DNA of 64,000 nucleotides from Azolla caroliniana (taxonomy: Eukaryota > Plantae > Polypodiophyta): assembly GCA_043228905.1 (NCBI GenBank), contig JBHGNT010000006.1:8804001-8868000 (forward strand). Direction: 5' to 3'. This document shows positions 26,280 to 39,758 of the stretch, piece after piece. A model generated the notes under the pieces. It was not told the DNA's origin. It ran no database searches and worked only from the letters and a program-made list of their open reading frames with translations. Each line of letters begins with the position of its first letter. Position 1 is the stretch's first letter. The position numbers and the translations under genes were made by a program.

Positions 26280-27557
26280 GCAAAACTCTAATGTGTGAGA
26301 CTAGTGGGATAACCAATCGTGTACATCTACTGTGTGAGACTAGTGTGATAACCAATTACACTATCTTGATGTGATGAAAAGAGGGTCTTCAATAAAAAAG
26401 GAACTTGGAAATGAAATTTGAATAGGTAAACATCCATGAATTCTTCATCAAATGTGTTCTCTCCTTTAACATGTTCTTTTTGAGGAGAAGATTTCTCTTA
26501 TCTTCACATTGCCACTTATGGCTACTAACAAATTGTTCCTATATTGTTATCCTCCTTCCTCATTAGTATATATATGTTTTTCCATCACAATTTCAATGAT
26601 TCAATGAATGGTATTGCACAAATGTTGATCTCAAGGATGGGGCTAAATTTTAGTAAGTTTACATATGTCCAATTTAAGACTCAAACCAGAGACTTGTAGT
26701 GTAAGACTAGAGTGATAACCAGCTAGACCACGTGACATGATGAAACAAGGAACATCTATAATATTCATATTAGGAAATGAGATTTGAAGAGATATAGTTC
26801 CATGAATTAAATATCATACGTGTTCTGTCCTTCAACATGTCCCTTTTGTGGAGACAATTTCCATTGTCTTCACATTGCCACATAAGGCTACTAACAAAAT
26901 ATTCGTATATTGTGTATCCACCTTGCTCTTTAGCCAATGTGCTTTCCAATCACCATATCACTGATTCAAACGAAATATCATACCAAGTCCACTTATTTTT
27001 GTTCTCTTTTGACAAGACAATTTCCTCCCCCCTTAATTGTAATTTTGTTCTTAAATTGTTATCATCTTGCCTTCATTGCATATATGCTTTGCCATCACCA
27101 TATCGATGGTTCATTGAAATATCATATGGAGTACACTTGTTTGTGTCGCACAAATGTTCATGACAAGGAGGGGCTAAATTTTAATAAATTGTTATCTTCT
27201 TGGCTTCATTGCATATATGCTTTGCCATAACTATATCGATGGTTCATTGAAATATCGTATGGAGTACACTTGTTTGTGTCGCACAAATGTTCATGACAAG
27301 GAGGGGCTAAAATTTAATAAATGTACTTACGTATGTCCAAATTTAGACTCATGCTAGAGATATATAGTGTGTAAGACTAGTGTGATGATGAAATACACCA
27401 TCTGGACACAATGAAAGGAGGAACATCAATAAGATTGGAACATGGAATCAAATTAGTGAGATAAACATCCATGAGTTCTTCATCAAAGGTGTTCTCTTCT
27501 TTAATATGTTCCTTTTAGGGAGACAATTTCCCTTATCTTCACAATGTCACTTACGAC
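26280..27557. repeat. Degenerate ~370-bp tandem array, left segment
   Basis: GACTAG.GTGATAACCA...CCATGAATTCTTCATCAAA...CACATTGCCACTTATGGCTACTAACAAAAT...GCACAAATGTT recurs (26337, 26705, 27376). Includes an internal ~119-bp duplication. Confidence 0.85.
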
Positions 27558-27912
27558 CAGTGTTGGGCAAAGTTTGTAGCCCCTACCGGAAATTTTCCTG
27601 CTTCTCATGAACCTAACCGGAATTTTAAAATTTTGGCCGGCCACGTTCCTACCAACAACAATGTCAACCGGAACATGTTGAAATTTTTTTTGGCCGCATA
27701 ACCAAAAAAAATCTAATGCAATACCAAATCAAATCAATTACAAAATTTTGGAACCCAAAAACTAAAGATATATATTTTCCAAAAAAAATTCTAACTTTAT
27801 AAACATATTTCACTTTTCAAACCTTTGTAAAGTAGCATTAACAACATATTAGATCAAATTAGATGTAATATATAGAAAGTTCCAAAACAAAATCGATCAC
27901 ATTTATAAAGTT

Positions 27913-30143
27913 TTAATCTATATCTTCTATGAAGTCCTCGATCTCATCATCATGCTCATGAGAAGTTCTTGTAAAAATATGACGATATGCCTTGCTTTCT
28001 CGCCACAACAAAATGCTAGCATTGAAGTCATGTTCTTCTAGTTCAGGTCCTTCAATAGAGATTCGTATCAATGCATCAATCACATTGTTTTTCAACCTAT
28101 TTCTAAACTTATTTTTTATTAGATTTAGGCGACTAAAGCCTCTCTCACACGCTGCTGTAGAAGAACATTGGATTAAACCTATCAATGCAATCTTTAGAAG
28201 TTCGGGTAGCTTTTCTTTCCACACATCATTACAATTTATCATACCCCAAACATCTAAGAAATCTCTTCCAAGCCATTCCGTGGTAGCTTGCCTTTTGAAA
28301 ATTGCATATTCATCATACAATTTATCATTATCAATTATGGGAGAAAACGCTCTCCCATCTACCATTTTTTGAATGCCATAAAAATTTCCAAGTGTTTTCA
28401 ACTCATTAAGACCCATAGTTTTTCATGCTAAAATGCTTGTAGATCCGGCAGACATGTTCATTGGTGATAACATTTTCAATGCGCAAAGAGTTACCAGATC
28501 TTGAAGCCTCTTTTTTATTGTCTCTATTAATGCCTTAGAAAACAAAGTTTGGAATTGTATGGCTTCAATCAAGTCCTCACCATCAATACATCTATCCATG
28601 AGGATACTTTTATACATATTACCTTTAATAGCATCTCTTAAAACTGAAAGCATTCCTTTTTCTCTACCATATTCTGGAATAATTGGATAACTATAGCTAT
28701 CCTTCTCAAAACCATTTAGATCCATCATAACATGATGGAGAAATTGTTCTTTGATCTCCCCAATGGCTATCATAGCCAAACCTCCAATGCATGTCACATC
28801 CACATATTCCTTTTGGAATTCCAAACTTAACGTTGACATGATCTTAAGTACATCTGCAAGAAAGTGAAGCATATACACTACTTTGAAGTTTCTTAAACTT
28901 ACGAATACATTGTATGCATCACTTTGCGATTGTAAAGTCTTCATCAAGGGTTCATACACATCACATACCCTCATGATAGCACCATGCCGACTAAGCCATC
29001 GTGTTTTCACAATCCCAAGAATATGCAAATGTGTGTATTCTAGTGCATCTTGCATCTTAGTTAATTCACCTTGGCGTAGTGAACTCCTCGAGAAATGTGC
29101 AGCCACCCGATTCACAAGGGCATCTAACTACTTACATGTTTCTTTGACTTCAATGTTCTTTGAAGCCTCTTGCACACACAAGTTTGTTTGATGTGCACAA
29201 CAATGTAAGGAAGTCATAAATGAGTTATATGACTTCAATCTTGTAGCAACACCTGTAGACATACCTACCATAACAGATGCTCCATCACTTCCGAATCCCA
29301 TCATTTTTCTAACATCTAAGTTCCACTTTTTTAATAATGCTAAAATGCTTTCTGTTATTGTGTTTGATGTACCATCCTCTACTTCAAGTAACCCCAAATA
29401 AGAGGTTCTTACTTGCCTTCCTTCCACAAATGTAGCATAAAGAATCAAGTTCTTGGTTACGCTTACATCGGTAGCTTCATCTACCATAAGCCCAAACCAA
29501 GGACTTTTCCTCAACCTATCATAGATCTCAACTTCAAGAGCCTTGCTAATGTGCAAGATAAAGCTTGCACAAGCCTTATTATCATTATACATTCGTGGAA
29601 GGCCTTCCACACCACATTCTCTTAACAATCGTAAGAGGCTTTCCAATTTTCTAAATGCTAAATCCTCTTTAGCTATAAAATATGCACATTTAAACAATTT
29701 TTCAATTGCTACATCCACACTTGCTTTTTTTTTTATGCACATTTTTCAAGACCATTCTTGTCACGTTCTTGTAACAAAATGGCCTCTCGATGGGCCACAC
29801 TTCTTGCATGTTCTTCTAATGCGGAAGTCTTAAAGTTTTTGGCACTTGTTTTGCCAAATGAAGACTTACTATGAGGATCACTCGTACAATAACTACACCA
29901 TAAAAGACCAGTTTCTAAATCCTCTTGAAGCCACTTAAATTTAGTAAGCCAATCTTCTTGAAATTTTAGTCTGGCCTTACTAATTCAATTCATCTCATGA
30001 AGTAATTCTTCGGAGTGTTGATGGTCCTTTATAGGCTCTTCTAGAGACACATCTTCTTTAGATGGCAAGTTTTTCCTAAAGCCGGGCATTGTAAAGAGGC
30101 TAATTTGCTTTCCTTTGCCTTTCATATTCTTGTTTTGGGACAT
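27913..30143 (-). pseudogene. hAT transposase (TTF-type zinc finger, DUF4371-like core, hAT dimerisation domain) with stops and frameshifts
   Basis: FQEDWLTKFKWL...WCSYC...KNFKTSALEEH, GLMVDEATD, FGSDGASVMVG, HCCAH, TRWLSR and SSTAACERGFSRLNLIKNKFRNRL. Split into ORFs 29128-29742, 28423-29115 and 27913-28416. Confidence 0.93.
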
Positions 30144-31000
30144 ACTGTAAGTCTGTAACAATAATGCAGAGAATGTTTGACTAACATAATATATGGTTTC
30201 TATTTACAAGAAGGCGAAACCTACATACACAATCCATGTTTCCAAAAAGAAAAAACAAATTAAGATACCTGGGATATTTGAAGTTTCCGAGGCAATAAAG
30301 GATCAATTTTCCACTATGAACCTTCCAATCTATCAGAAAATAAAGAAGAAAGAGGATGGCTCACATTAGCTTACCCACATTAAATAAGCTCTAGTTTAGA
30401 ACACTGAGATTTTGAGATACACTTTAGAGATCACAAAAACTTAAGATATAAATTAGAATTGATTTACAAATGGGAGTAATGGACAAAAATTGATTTGCAA
30501 CGGCCAAGAAAGACATCATATTCAACACATAGAATCACATGCTACTAATGTAAATTTCCAAACAAGAAATATGTCAAAAAGAAGGAAATCATAGCTAAAA
30601 TCATTTCAAATATGTCAAGAAATTCGTTTTCCCACAAAATGCATCTAGTAGGAAAGATTTTGAGATACACTTTAGAGATCACAAACAAGATGACAATACG
30701 AATGCGAGGTAGTAATAGAATATACATGCCTCGTGATTTATTCTTGTTTATTCCCATCATCTTTCTATGCTTTTCTTGTGCTAAGATAATTTGTTGTACA
30801 TAATTCCCTCCCAATTTTCAACTATCGTCCACTACATGTGTTTGAATTACATGATGATTCTCATCTCAAATTTGTTGGTTCATCTAGTTATATTGTAATA
30901 AGTAAATAGTATTTCAGATTCGTTAATTTGTTTATCATAGTAGCCCCTTGATGATGATGATGATGAAGAAGAGCAAATCTCTTTCCACACCTAGTTCCAT

Positions 31001-31895
31001 TACATCTTCACAAGTTCATGTTCACCCACTAAAAAGAAGCATGAAGATGTAATCCTCTTCTCCAATGCACATACTTTGCTATGATCCCACATCTTTGCCT
31101 TACAATGTTTAAGAGACATTTTGTAACAATTGATGGTCTCTAATGGATGTTTAGTATATCATCATCACTATTCTTACAATTCATTCAAACGAAGATACCA
31201 AACCAACGAGGTTTTTGTATAATGAGGGAGCTTAACATTTCAGAAATGTGTTTTATTTCATTATGTTGCCACAAATGCGCAATAGATGTAAATGTATGTA
31301 CATCTTCACAAGTTCATGTTCACCCACTAAAAAGAAGCATGAAGATGTAATCCTCTTCTCCAATGCACATACTTTGCTATGATCCCACATCTTTGCCTTA
31401 CAATGTTTAAGAGACATTTTGTAACAATTGATGGTCTCTAATGGATGTTTAGTATATCATCATCACTATTCTTACAATTCATTCAAACGAAGATACCAAA
31501 CCAACGAGGTTTTTGTATAATGAGGGAGCTTAACATTTCAGAAATGTGTTTTATTTCATTATGTTGCCACAAATGCGCAATAGATGTAAATGTATGTACA
31601 TCTTCACAAGTTCATGTTCACCCACTAAAAAGAAGCATGAAGATGTAATCTTCTTCTCCAATGCACATACTTTGCAATGATCCCACATCTTTGCCTTACA
31701 ATGTTCAAGAGACATTTTGTAACAATTGATGGTCTCTAATGGATGTTTAGTATATCATCATCACTATTCTTACAATTCATTCAAACGAAGATACCAAACC
31801 AACGAGGTTTTTGTATAATGAGGGAGCTTAACATTTCAGAAATGTGTTTTATTTCATTATGGTGCCACAAATGCGCAATAGATGTAAATGTATGT
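31001..31895. repeat. Three near-identical 298-bp tandem copies inside the hAT element
   Basis: TACATCTTCACAAGTTCATG at 31001, 31299 and 31597. Near-identical short ORFs at 31147, 31445 and 31743. Confidence 0.96.
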
Positions 31896-33155
31896 TTCTT
31901 TTCCTCTATACAAAGTCTTCGGTTGATCTTCTTTCGAGAAAAATATTTCAAAAGATATAGTATAATCAAGTAATAGTGAAATAGAAATTATGCACAAGGT
32001 CATATTTATGATAGGTTCTACTTTCGTTGATATTGTAATATACCTCTTATCAAAATTTCTCCTATTTCATTTTAGTTTGCCAAAACTACTACAAGACATG
32101 TCAATGGAAACATAAAACACATACAAATTGCAATATGACATCGTCCAACCTTATAACCACATCAATAAGGTGAAGCGGGATGCAAATGCCAAAATAATGC
32201 ATGATCCCTTACTTTACCACCAAAATCCCTAAATTATGCGACTCCAATTTTTTGTTAAAGGTTAACATGGATCGCTTTTATACAACAATGCTTTAGGAGT
32301 AGTTGTAAATTTACATGATCTAAAATCTTTGAATATATAATGAACCAAACATGAAACTCATTGCACAAGGCTTGGCTTGGTATCCATTGAAAAGCAAGTG
32401 GTTTATCACGACATCACCATGTTTATACATTGGATCAATTTCAATGTTTAAATAAGCAACAATTAGAATGAATTGGTGGGAGATTTAAAGTCTCTTACTT
32501 GGCGCATAAAGACAACACTTATGTATTGGCTCAATTCCTTCTCATCCATTCAATCAATGTGTTGGTGGAGACATCTAAAATCAATGAATCGTCGAGTGGT
32601 GAGAGTTGAGTGACGAATGATGGGTGATCGCCGACGAGTGACGAGCGGCAATCAGCGAGTGACGAGCGGCAATTTCTGAGTGACGAGCGGCAATTTTTGA
32701 GTGATGAGAGGCCGCCGACAATCAACGAGGTAGAAGCAACGAGCTGTGGGCAGTGAGCAGTGAGCAGTGAATGAACAATGAATAACAAGCAGTTGTTAAC
32801 GAACAACTAGGAAGTAGGAAGGAGGAACGACAACGAGCAATGAGGAGGGAGCAGTGAGCAACGAGGAGGGAGTAGCAGGAAATCAGACGACGACAGAGAG
32901 GGAGAAAAACAAAAAGAGGGGGGAAAGTAAAACAAAAAAAGGGGAAAAACATGAAAAATATATATAATTTTTTTTTTTACCTTTATTTTTTACATAAACT
33001 ATATAAATAGCCGGTTCAAAAAATATGAACCGGCTAGATTCCGGTTGGTAGGAAAACTTGGCCGGAATCAACTCCGGCTGTCCCCCACCTTGGCCGGCAA
33101 AAGTCCCAACCCAACCGGAACGCTAACACTGTTCCTGGGACTTTGCCCAACACTG

Positions 33156-35572
33156 CTTATGACTACTAACAAAATGTTCCTATATTGTTATCCTCTGTCC
33201 TCAGTAGCATATATGCTTTTCCATCACTGTTTCGATGATTCAATGCAATACCATATCAAGTCCACTTGTTTCTACTGCACAAATGTTGATATCAACGACA
33301 GGGCTAAATTACAATAAGTTTGTTTACATATGTCCAAACCCATACTCGAACCCGAAGACCTCTAGTGTGTAAGACCATCGTGATAACCAACGACATGATC
33401 TAGACATGATGAAATGCGGAACCCCAACAAAATAGGATTTAGGAAATAAATAGTGCAAAGATAAAATCCAATCAATTCTTGGTCATATGTGTTGTCTCCT
33501 TCAACTTGTTCATTTTGAAGAGACGATTTCCCATATATTCAGATTGCCTAACATTGTATTGTTATCCTTCCCCATCTATTGTAATTTGTATATATGCTTT
33601 CCCGTCACCATATTGATGATTCCGCCAAATATTATTCCCCAAGGACAATGTTAAATTTCAATTGTACTTACGTTTGTCCAAACCCAGACTAACCAAAGGC
33701 CTCTAGTGCGTCAAACTAGTGTGATAACCAACTACACCATCTCCACGTGATAAAAAGGAGTACAAGAACATTAAGGACCAAAACACTTGAGGGATTCTGT
33801 CAGATGTAAGCATCTGGATAATTAGGGATTCAACATGGCATGCTTTAAGGACCTAGGAGCAATTTCTTGTACCGTGGGTTTACCAATTCTAGAACCCTCG
33901 ATGATTGGTGAACTGGCAAACCCTTTTGCAACTCCTCTCAGAAATATCACACAAGTGGTATTTTTTCCATGTGTTCCAAATACTCCTTATACTTTCAAAT
34001 ACATTATTAGGTGTACTTTTGACGGCAATCGGACATGCGTGTTTGTTAATAGTCCTCTTCGTTGAGAATGTTAATAAATTTCAAAATCCATTTCGATGTC
34101 TAGTAGCTACAATAGTTTTTGTTATCGCCGATCGGTATTGCGGTTGTTGTTTGGTTAAGCATAGGAGCAACTTTACCAATTGATGGATCGTTAACTTTGG
34201 TATTATTTCAATATTTGAACCCTACTAGTTCATTGACATGCATGTATAAAATCTAGGGAGTGATTGTTGTTTCAGAAGGTTTGGTGTCCAACGAAGGTTC
34301 ATCCCACGGAACAAACAAGAAGAAAAGCAATGGTTTGTCATGATCCTACAACTGTTAGCTCCCAACTTGGATTTTGAAGAATATTTAGAATACTCGTGTA
34401 TCTAGGTATTAAAAAATATTATTAAAATTCACAGAATGTTTGTAATCTACTACACCACATGGACATGATGAAAGGATAATTTATAATATTGAAACTACAA
34501 AATGTTCATGACAAGGAGGTGGCTAAAATTTAGTAATTGTACTAATGTATATCCAAACCCGACTCGAATAAGAGACCTTGTGTGTCAGACTAGTGTGATA
34601 ACCAACTACACTATCGGGACATGATGAAACGAGGAATGTCAATAAAACGGGAACTTGGAAATGAGATTTGAAGAGATACACTTCCATTAATTAAATAACA
34701 TAAGTGTTCTAAACGGGGCATAATTTTTTGTAAGTTTACTTACGTAGTTCAAACGTGTACTTAACCAAAGACTTCTACTCTGTGAGACTAAAGTGGATAT
34801 GATGAAAATTTAAAAACTAGGAACTATGAAATGAGGTTTGAAGAATAAGTTTCCATGAATTCTTCATCAGATAAGCTCTCTTAGTTTACATGTTCCTTTT
34901 CAGGAGAAAAGTTCTCTTATCTTCATATTGCCACTTAGGGCAATTAACAAAATTTTCCTATATTATTATTATCCTCCCTTGATTGGATACATGCTTTGCC
35001 ATCACCATATCGATGATCCATTGAAATACCATATTGAGTACACTTTTTTTGCTGCAAAAATGTTGATCTCAACTTCGAAGGACGCAGCTAAATTTTAGCA
35101 AGTCTACTTATATATGTCTAAACGCTAAGTGGAATTGACGACCTCTAGTGTGTTAGACTAGAGAAATAACCAATACACCATCCGGACATGATTAAAGTAG
35201 CAAAGTTAATAAAATATGAACTAGGACATGGGATTAGAATATATAAACTTCCAAGGAGTTCTTCATGATCAATATTCACTCCTTTAACATGTTCTATGTT
35301 GACAAGACGATTTGAACCCTTATATTCATGTTGGCATTAATTACAAACAAAATGTTCTTATATTGTTATCCTCCCCCTTTCACTATAAACATACTTTGCC
35401 ATCACCACATCGATGATTCATCTAATTACCATATCAAGTACACTTGTTTTTGTGGCACAAATGTTAATGACCAAGAGGGGGTTTAATTTCAATAAATGTA
35501 CATAATAATGGACTTCCTTATGTCCAAACTTGGACTTAACTGGAGATTGCTAGTATGGTAGATTAACGTGAG
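33156..35572. repeat. ~370-bp tandem array, middle segment (with a non-repeat insert at ~33780-34420)
   Basis: The unit resumes exactly at the hAT TSD (CTTATGACTACTAACAAAATG). Anchor motifs at ~33373, 33715, 34588, 34786, 35157 and 35560. Confidence 0.85.
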
Positions 35573-35791
35573 TTTTACACTAAATATGGAAGTGTTCATA
35601 CATTACCACTGTTGTCATTACAGTTTTCAGGAGTAAGGAAGGGAGTTCAACCAATATGGGAGATATTGAGTAGTACCATTGTATATCACATTTGGAAGGC
35701 TCAGTGCTCTCTCATTTTCCATCAACTTAAAACACCATCGGGTGAAGTGGTTTCAAACATTTGGTTAAACATAGTTCATACTTTGAAGGGT

Positions 35792-36224
35792 TGTTGAGCA
35801 GCAAACTCAACCGGAGCCGGATCGGCTGAATAAGCCTGAGCCGGTAAGCGAGAGGAATCGGTATGCCGGTGAGCAACCGAGCCGGTAAGTAGTAAGGACC
35901 GGTAAGCAAGAGGAGCCGGTATGCTGGATCCAATCTGTAACTGAAAGCCTAATATAGGTTAGACTACTAGGCAATTATAGTCTCGTAGTTAGCGTCAGAT
36001 GCTCGTGTGAGCATTGAAGTACACCGTACTTCTAACAGTTCCGTGTGGACTTGTATAAATAGCGCTGATGAGCGCGTTGTAGATACAGAGCACAGAGTAT
36101 TCATATAATCTTGAAAAATAGTGTGTTTTGCTCTCTCACTCTCTGTCTCTCCCGCGTACTCTCTCTCTCTCTCTCTCTCTCTGTGTATTGTTCTTTCTAA
36201 CACTTCCGCAAGCAATCTTTCACA
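35792..36224 (+). repeat. Copia 5' LTR
   Basis: TG...CA ends, GAGCCGGTA subrepeats, TATAAATA at ~36054, followed by the PBS. Confidence 0.95.
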
Positions 36225-36236
36225 TGGTATCAGAGC
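36225..36236 (+). promoter_or_regulatory. Primer-binding site (initiator tRNA-Met) of the Copia element
   Basis: TGGTATCAGAGC immediately after the LTR. Confidence 0.95.
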
Positions 36237-36319
36237 GCGTGGGTTGAGAACCTCTGCTGCAGACATCTACGCTTGTGAAGGAAACCCTAACAGATCGGAA
36301 AACAGACACAAAAGGAGAA

Positions 36320-37094
36320 ATGGACAGAGGTATGGCTACGTCGCTCCCGGTGGAGAAGCTCGACAGAACCAACTACGCATCTTGGTCATACAAGATGCAC
36401 CAGTACCTACTTGGGCATGGTTACCGGAGTTATGTCGACGGAGTGAACGACTCAGCACCGAAGACAACACACAAGGACTTCCCAGTGTGGGAACAGGCGG
36501 CAAGCAGGGTGATGTACTGCTTCACGTCCAATGTCGGTGACCAACTGCTTAGCCATATCCGTGACGCAAGACACCGAAGGATGCTTGGGGAAACTTGAAA
36601 AAGGTCTTTGCCGCAAGCACCACCGCCCAGAAGCTGCAACTCAGACAGGAGTTGAGCAATGTTCGACAGAAGAACATGTTGGTGGCAGATTACACAGACC
36701 GGATCAAAGGGATCTGTGACTCGCTTGCCTCTATTAACGTCACTGTAGAGGAAGACGAGATGGTGCAGGTCTGTCTTGGAGACCTGGCATCCATGTTCGG
36801 AGCTTTCCGGACTGCGGTTTGTATAAGGCAGAATACGCCCACATTTTTCGACTTACAGTCGATGCTCCTTGTAGAGGAGAACCACGCCGGTGCATCTACC
36901 AGTGCATCCCCAGACCGCCGGATGTTGTACACGGGAGTGGATCGGTCCTGCGGGCGTGGTGGAAGAGGCAGGTCGACACGCAATGGAGGAGGCCGGCAAG
37001 AGCAGGAACGAAGGCATAGTGAGCGTGTCGACAACAGTTCCGAGACTTCCACAAGTAGGGGGAGTCAAGGTGGTGCCGGAGGCCGGCAATACAA
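36320..37094 (+). pseudogene. gag: Copia gag, 5' part (frameshifted, cut by the Gypsy insertion)
   Basis: EKLDRTNYASWSYKMHQYLLGHG and LRQELSNVRQ...VADY are UBN2-type gag motifs. Confidence 0.9.
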
Positions 37095-37661
37095 TGTTAC
37101 CCGTTCCTTTGGGTGAACACCTTCGATAGATCTGCGGCTATCGGTCTTCAAGGGCGTGGTACATGAAGGCTCGTAACAGAGGCGTCGAGAGAGAGATAGG
37201 GCTCAGAGAGAAAACACTAGCGAGGTCTTGATAGACGTGGGTGGAGTTGAACTCATAGGTATGGATCAAAGCACAGACTCATGGAGCAAAATGGGCACAA
37301 ATCAGATATATTACTATGACAGAAAAGATTACAGAACACGGCCTATGGCCGGTGACCTTACAAGTTTATGTAGTTACGAGGGACTAAGCTAGTGCTTCCG
37401 CCTATATTTTTCTTCTCTCTCTCTCTCTGAGGTACTGGTCCTCGTTTAAATAACTTTTCCCCTAATACACAGCCGAGCCGTCGGTGGCCCGTGATACTCG
37501 GACTCAGCGTTTGCTAATTTCCTAATTTTACATTTCTTTCCTCTGGACAACACCTGGCACGCCCGTGGGACAGGACCTTGTCCGTTGGACCCACGACTTA
37601 CAAAATACTAACAATATTACAAAAATTGCCTTTTAGGCGTGATCCTCGTTTCATTCCTCTT

Positions 37662-39596
37662 TTAAGATGTCGAGGATGTTTTCGGGGTCCGGGGTGGTGG
37701 CAGGGTGGTCTGGTTGGACTGTCGGTGCGGGGGTTGAGTTTGGTCCGGGGGTGTCATATCTTCTCGGACGTCCGCCTCAGGTGCGACCGATTCTTCTGGT
37801 GGGGGTGTGGGTTCGTGGGCGCTGACCTCTACTTCGACAGGATCTGGTACCGTGTGGGCGTCCATGGGATGTCTGTTGGCTGGGGCAAATTCCTCCTGTG
37901 CCATGTCCGTGATCTCCTTGCTGGAAGGTTCTTCCTTCTGCTCTATGGTCGTTGGAGGGCTGGTGGGGATGGCAGCGAGTCGTTCTCGTTCGAAGGCTTC
38001 TGCTTCCAGGCGAAACAACATCTGACCGTCATTGAAGTCCTCCATTATTTGCTCGATTGCCGCGGTGTGAGATTTTGCCAAGGACTGGTAATCCTCGGTT
38101 AAATCTGCACGGAGGTTTTGTATGCTGGCTTCGTCCATTTTGTAGAAGCCGCGGCCCTCCTTCCGTTGGTTCTCGGCGTCGGCGCGTAAAATATGCAATT
38201 CGGCAGCTTGGGCTGCCCATTCATCTCCTGCGCGACTTAATGTTTCCTCGACCTTTGTGGTAAGGTGCTGGCGCTGTTTCTTGATCAGTATTCTGATGCG
38301 TGTCTCATCCATGCCGGGCTGTGCTTGGATGGCTGCTAATTCCTGTTTTAAGCCGTCAACCTCGGCCTGAATCTTCTGTGCTCTTAGCTCATAGATGGCT
38401 TGAGTGTTCTTTGCATCCGCGGTTACGAGCTGGAGAGCCTGCTCGTAACGCTTGGCGAGTTCTTCGGTGGCTTGCTCCCGTTCTTTTTGACACGTGGCCC
38501 GGATTTGTTCCCGTTCGACGATTCTCTCTTCTTGTAGGGCGAAGTAGGAATCCGATAATTCGTCTTTTTGCTCCGAAAGTAGCTTGCATTTGATGAAAAA
38601 CTCGTCAGCCATTTCTTTAAGGGTCGTACGCTGACTCTGCAGCTCGGCATTCTCCGCGATCATCCTCTCCTCCCGTTGGCGATTTCTTTCCTCCTGCCGA
38701 TGGTTCCAGTCTTTCGCATTGTCGAGCGCGGCCTGTAGGTCTAGAACCTCCTTCTCTTTCTTCACCACTGTGGTTGCATATTCCTCCAGCTTGCTTTTGA
38801 GTTCGGCTTCTTTGCCCGCGGCTTGCGCTTGTACCCGGCCCAGTGCTTCCTTCTGCTCGTGTATCCTTTGGTCGGCCTGGGCTCTAATCTCGGCCATCTG
38901 CTTGGAAGCTTCTTCTTTTAGGCGAGCCATCGCCTCTTGATGCCGTTGTTCGTGTCTCTCGGTTCGTCGTTGTTCTTCTTTAAGCTCCGCGCGGTAATCC
39001 CGGAGCGGGGGTTCTATCTGGGTTGCCACCTCCTTGGGTGCACGAGGGGGTGGTATCTCGGTCTTTTCCATGGGCGTGGCCGCCTCGGTTGTGCAGACAT
39101 CAACCATTTGTAACGAGTCCGTTTGTGTACTGGCCTGCACCGTTAGGATTGAGTTGGTGATGGTGCTTTCATCCATCATTGTTATGCGTGGAGGCGCTGG
39201 GAGGGCCTCGGTGGTCGTGACCGGAAGGCTCAAGAGTTGTTGTTCCGGCCGGTTTTGCTCCCAGACTGCCAGCTTCTGGTTCGCAGCGTGCCATAATTTT
39301 GTAGCCATCTTAGCCTGTTTTTAGGCTATTTTTATCTTTCGGGCCATGTCTTTGGCTGCCCGCGTAGTGCGATCCAGGTCCCGATATGCCTCGATAAGGG
39401 CCGTGTTCAACTCGGGGACCTCCATGAGGAGAGCGGCCTGTTTTGCCTGCTTCTTTCTCCCGATTTTTTGTAAAGCCCTGTCCTCCTGGGGCTCAATTTC
39501 ACCTATTAGCACGCGTTGAATCATTTTTGTTTCGGCGTGCTCCTCCGCCATTCGAGCGGCTGCCACGACTTGGGCTCTGGCGAGGAAGTCGACCAA
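37662..39596 (-). CDS. Extra ORF B of the Gypsy element: long coiled-coil protein (91-aa and 548-aa pieces), probably continuous with ORF A before mutation
   Basis: E/K/Q/A-rich heptad-like sequence of ~350 aa with a Pro-rich C-terminus, ending ~110 bp before the 3' LTR. Confidence 0.72.
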
Positions 39597-39758
39597 CTCG
39601 AATGTCGTACCGAGGCGTAGGAGTGCACTAAATTCGTAAGCCTCCGCGGGGAGGTCCTTATACCCGAGGACTTCATCGTCCGAGATCTGCGTTGTCTGCC
39701 CATGCTCGATCTTTCCCTGGTTCAGCGATGCCTCCTCAGGGATGATGGCCAGGTTGCT

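Larger units (their letters stand above)
27558..33155 (-). mobile_element. Full-length hAT DNA transposon (ZNF862/Tip100-like), defective
   Basis: Perfect 16-bp TIRs CAGTGTTGGGCAAAGT / ACTTTGCCCAACACTG. 8-bp TSD CTTACGAC (27550-27557) / CTTATGAC (33156-33163). Subterminal CCGG-containing repeats. Confidence 0.96.

Noticed and set aside
31147-31973. Three near-identical 67-76 aa ORFs resembling a small-peptide gene cluster
   Set aside because: A by-product of the 298-bp DNA triplication within the hAT element.
37578-38102. Plus-strand 174-aa ORF just after the inverted PBS, and other plus-strand ORFs within 37.5-46.7 kb
   Set aside because: These are antisense shadows of GC-rich minus-strand ORFs, with no recognisable motifs and non-ATG starts. 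They give no evidence for a second gag in the plus orientation.
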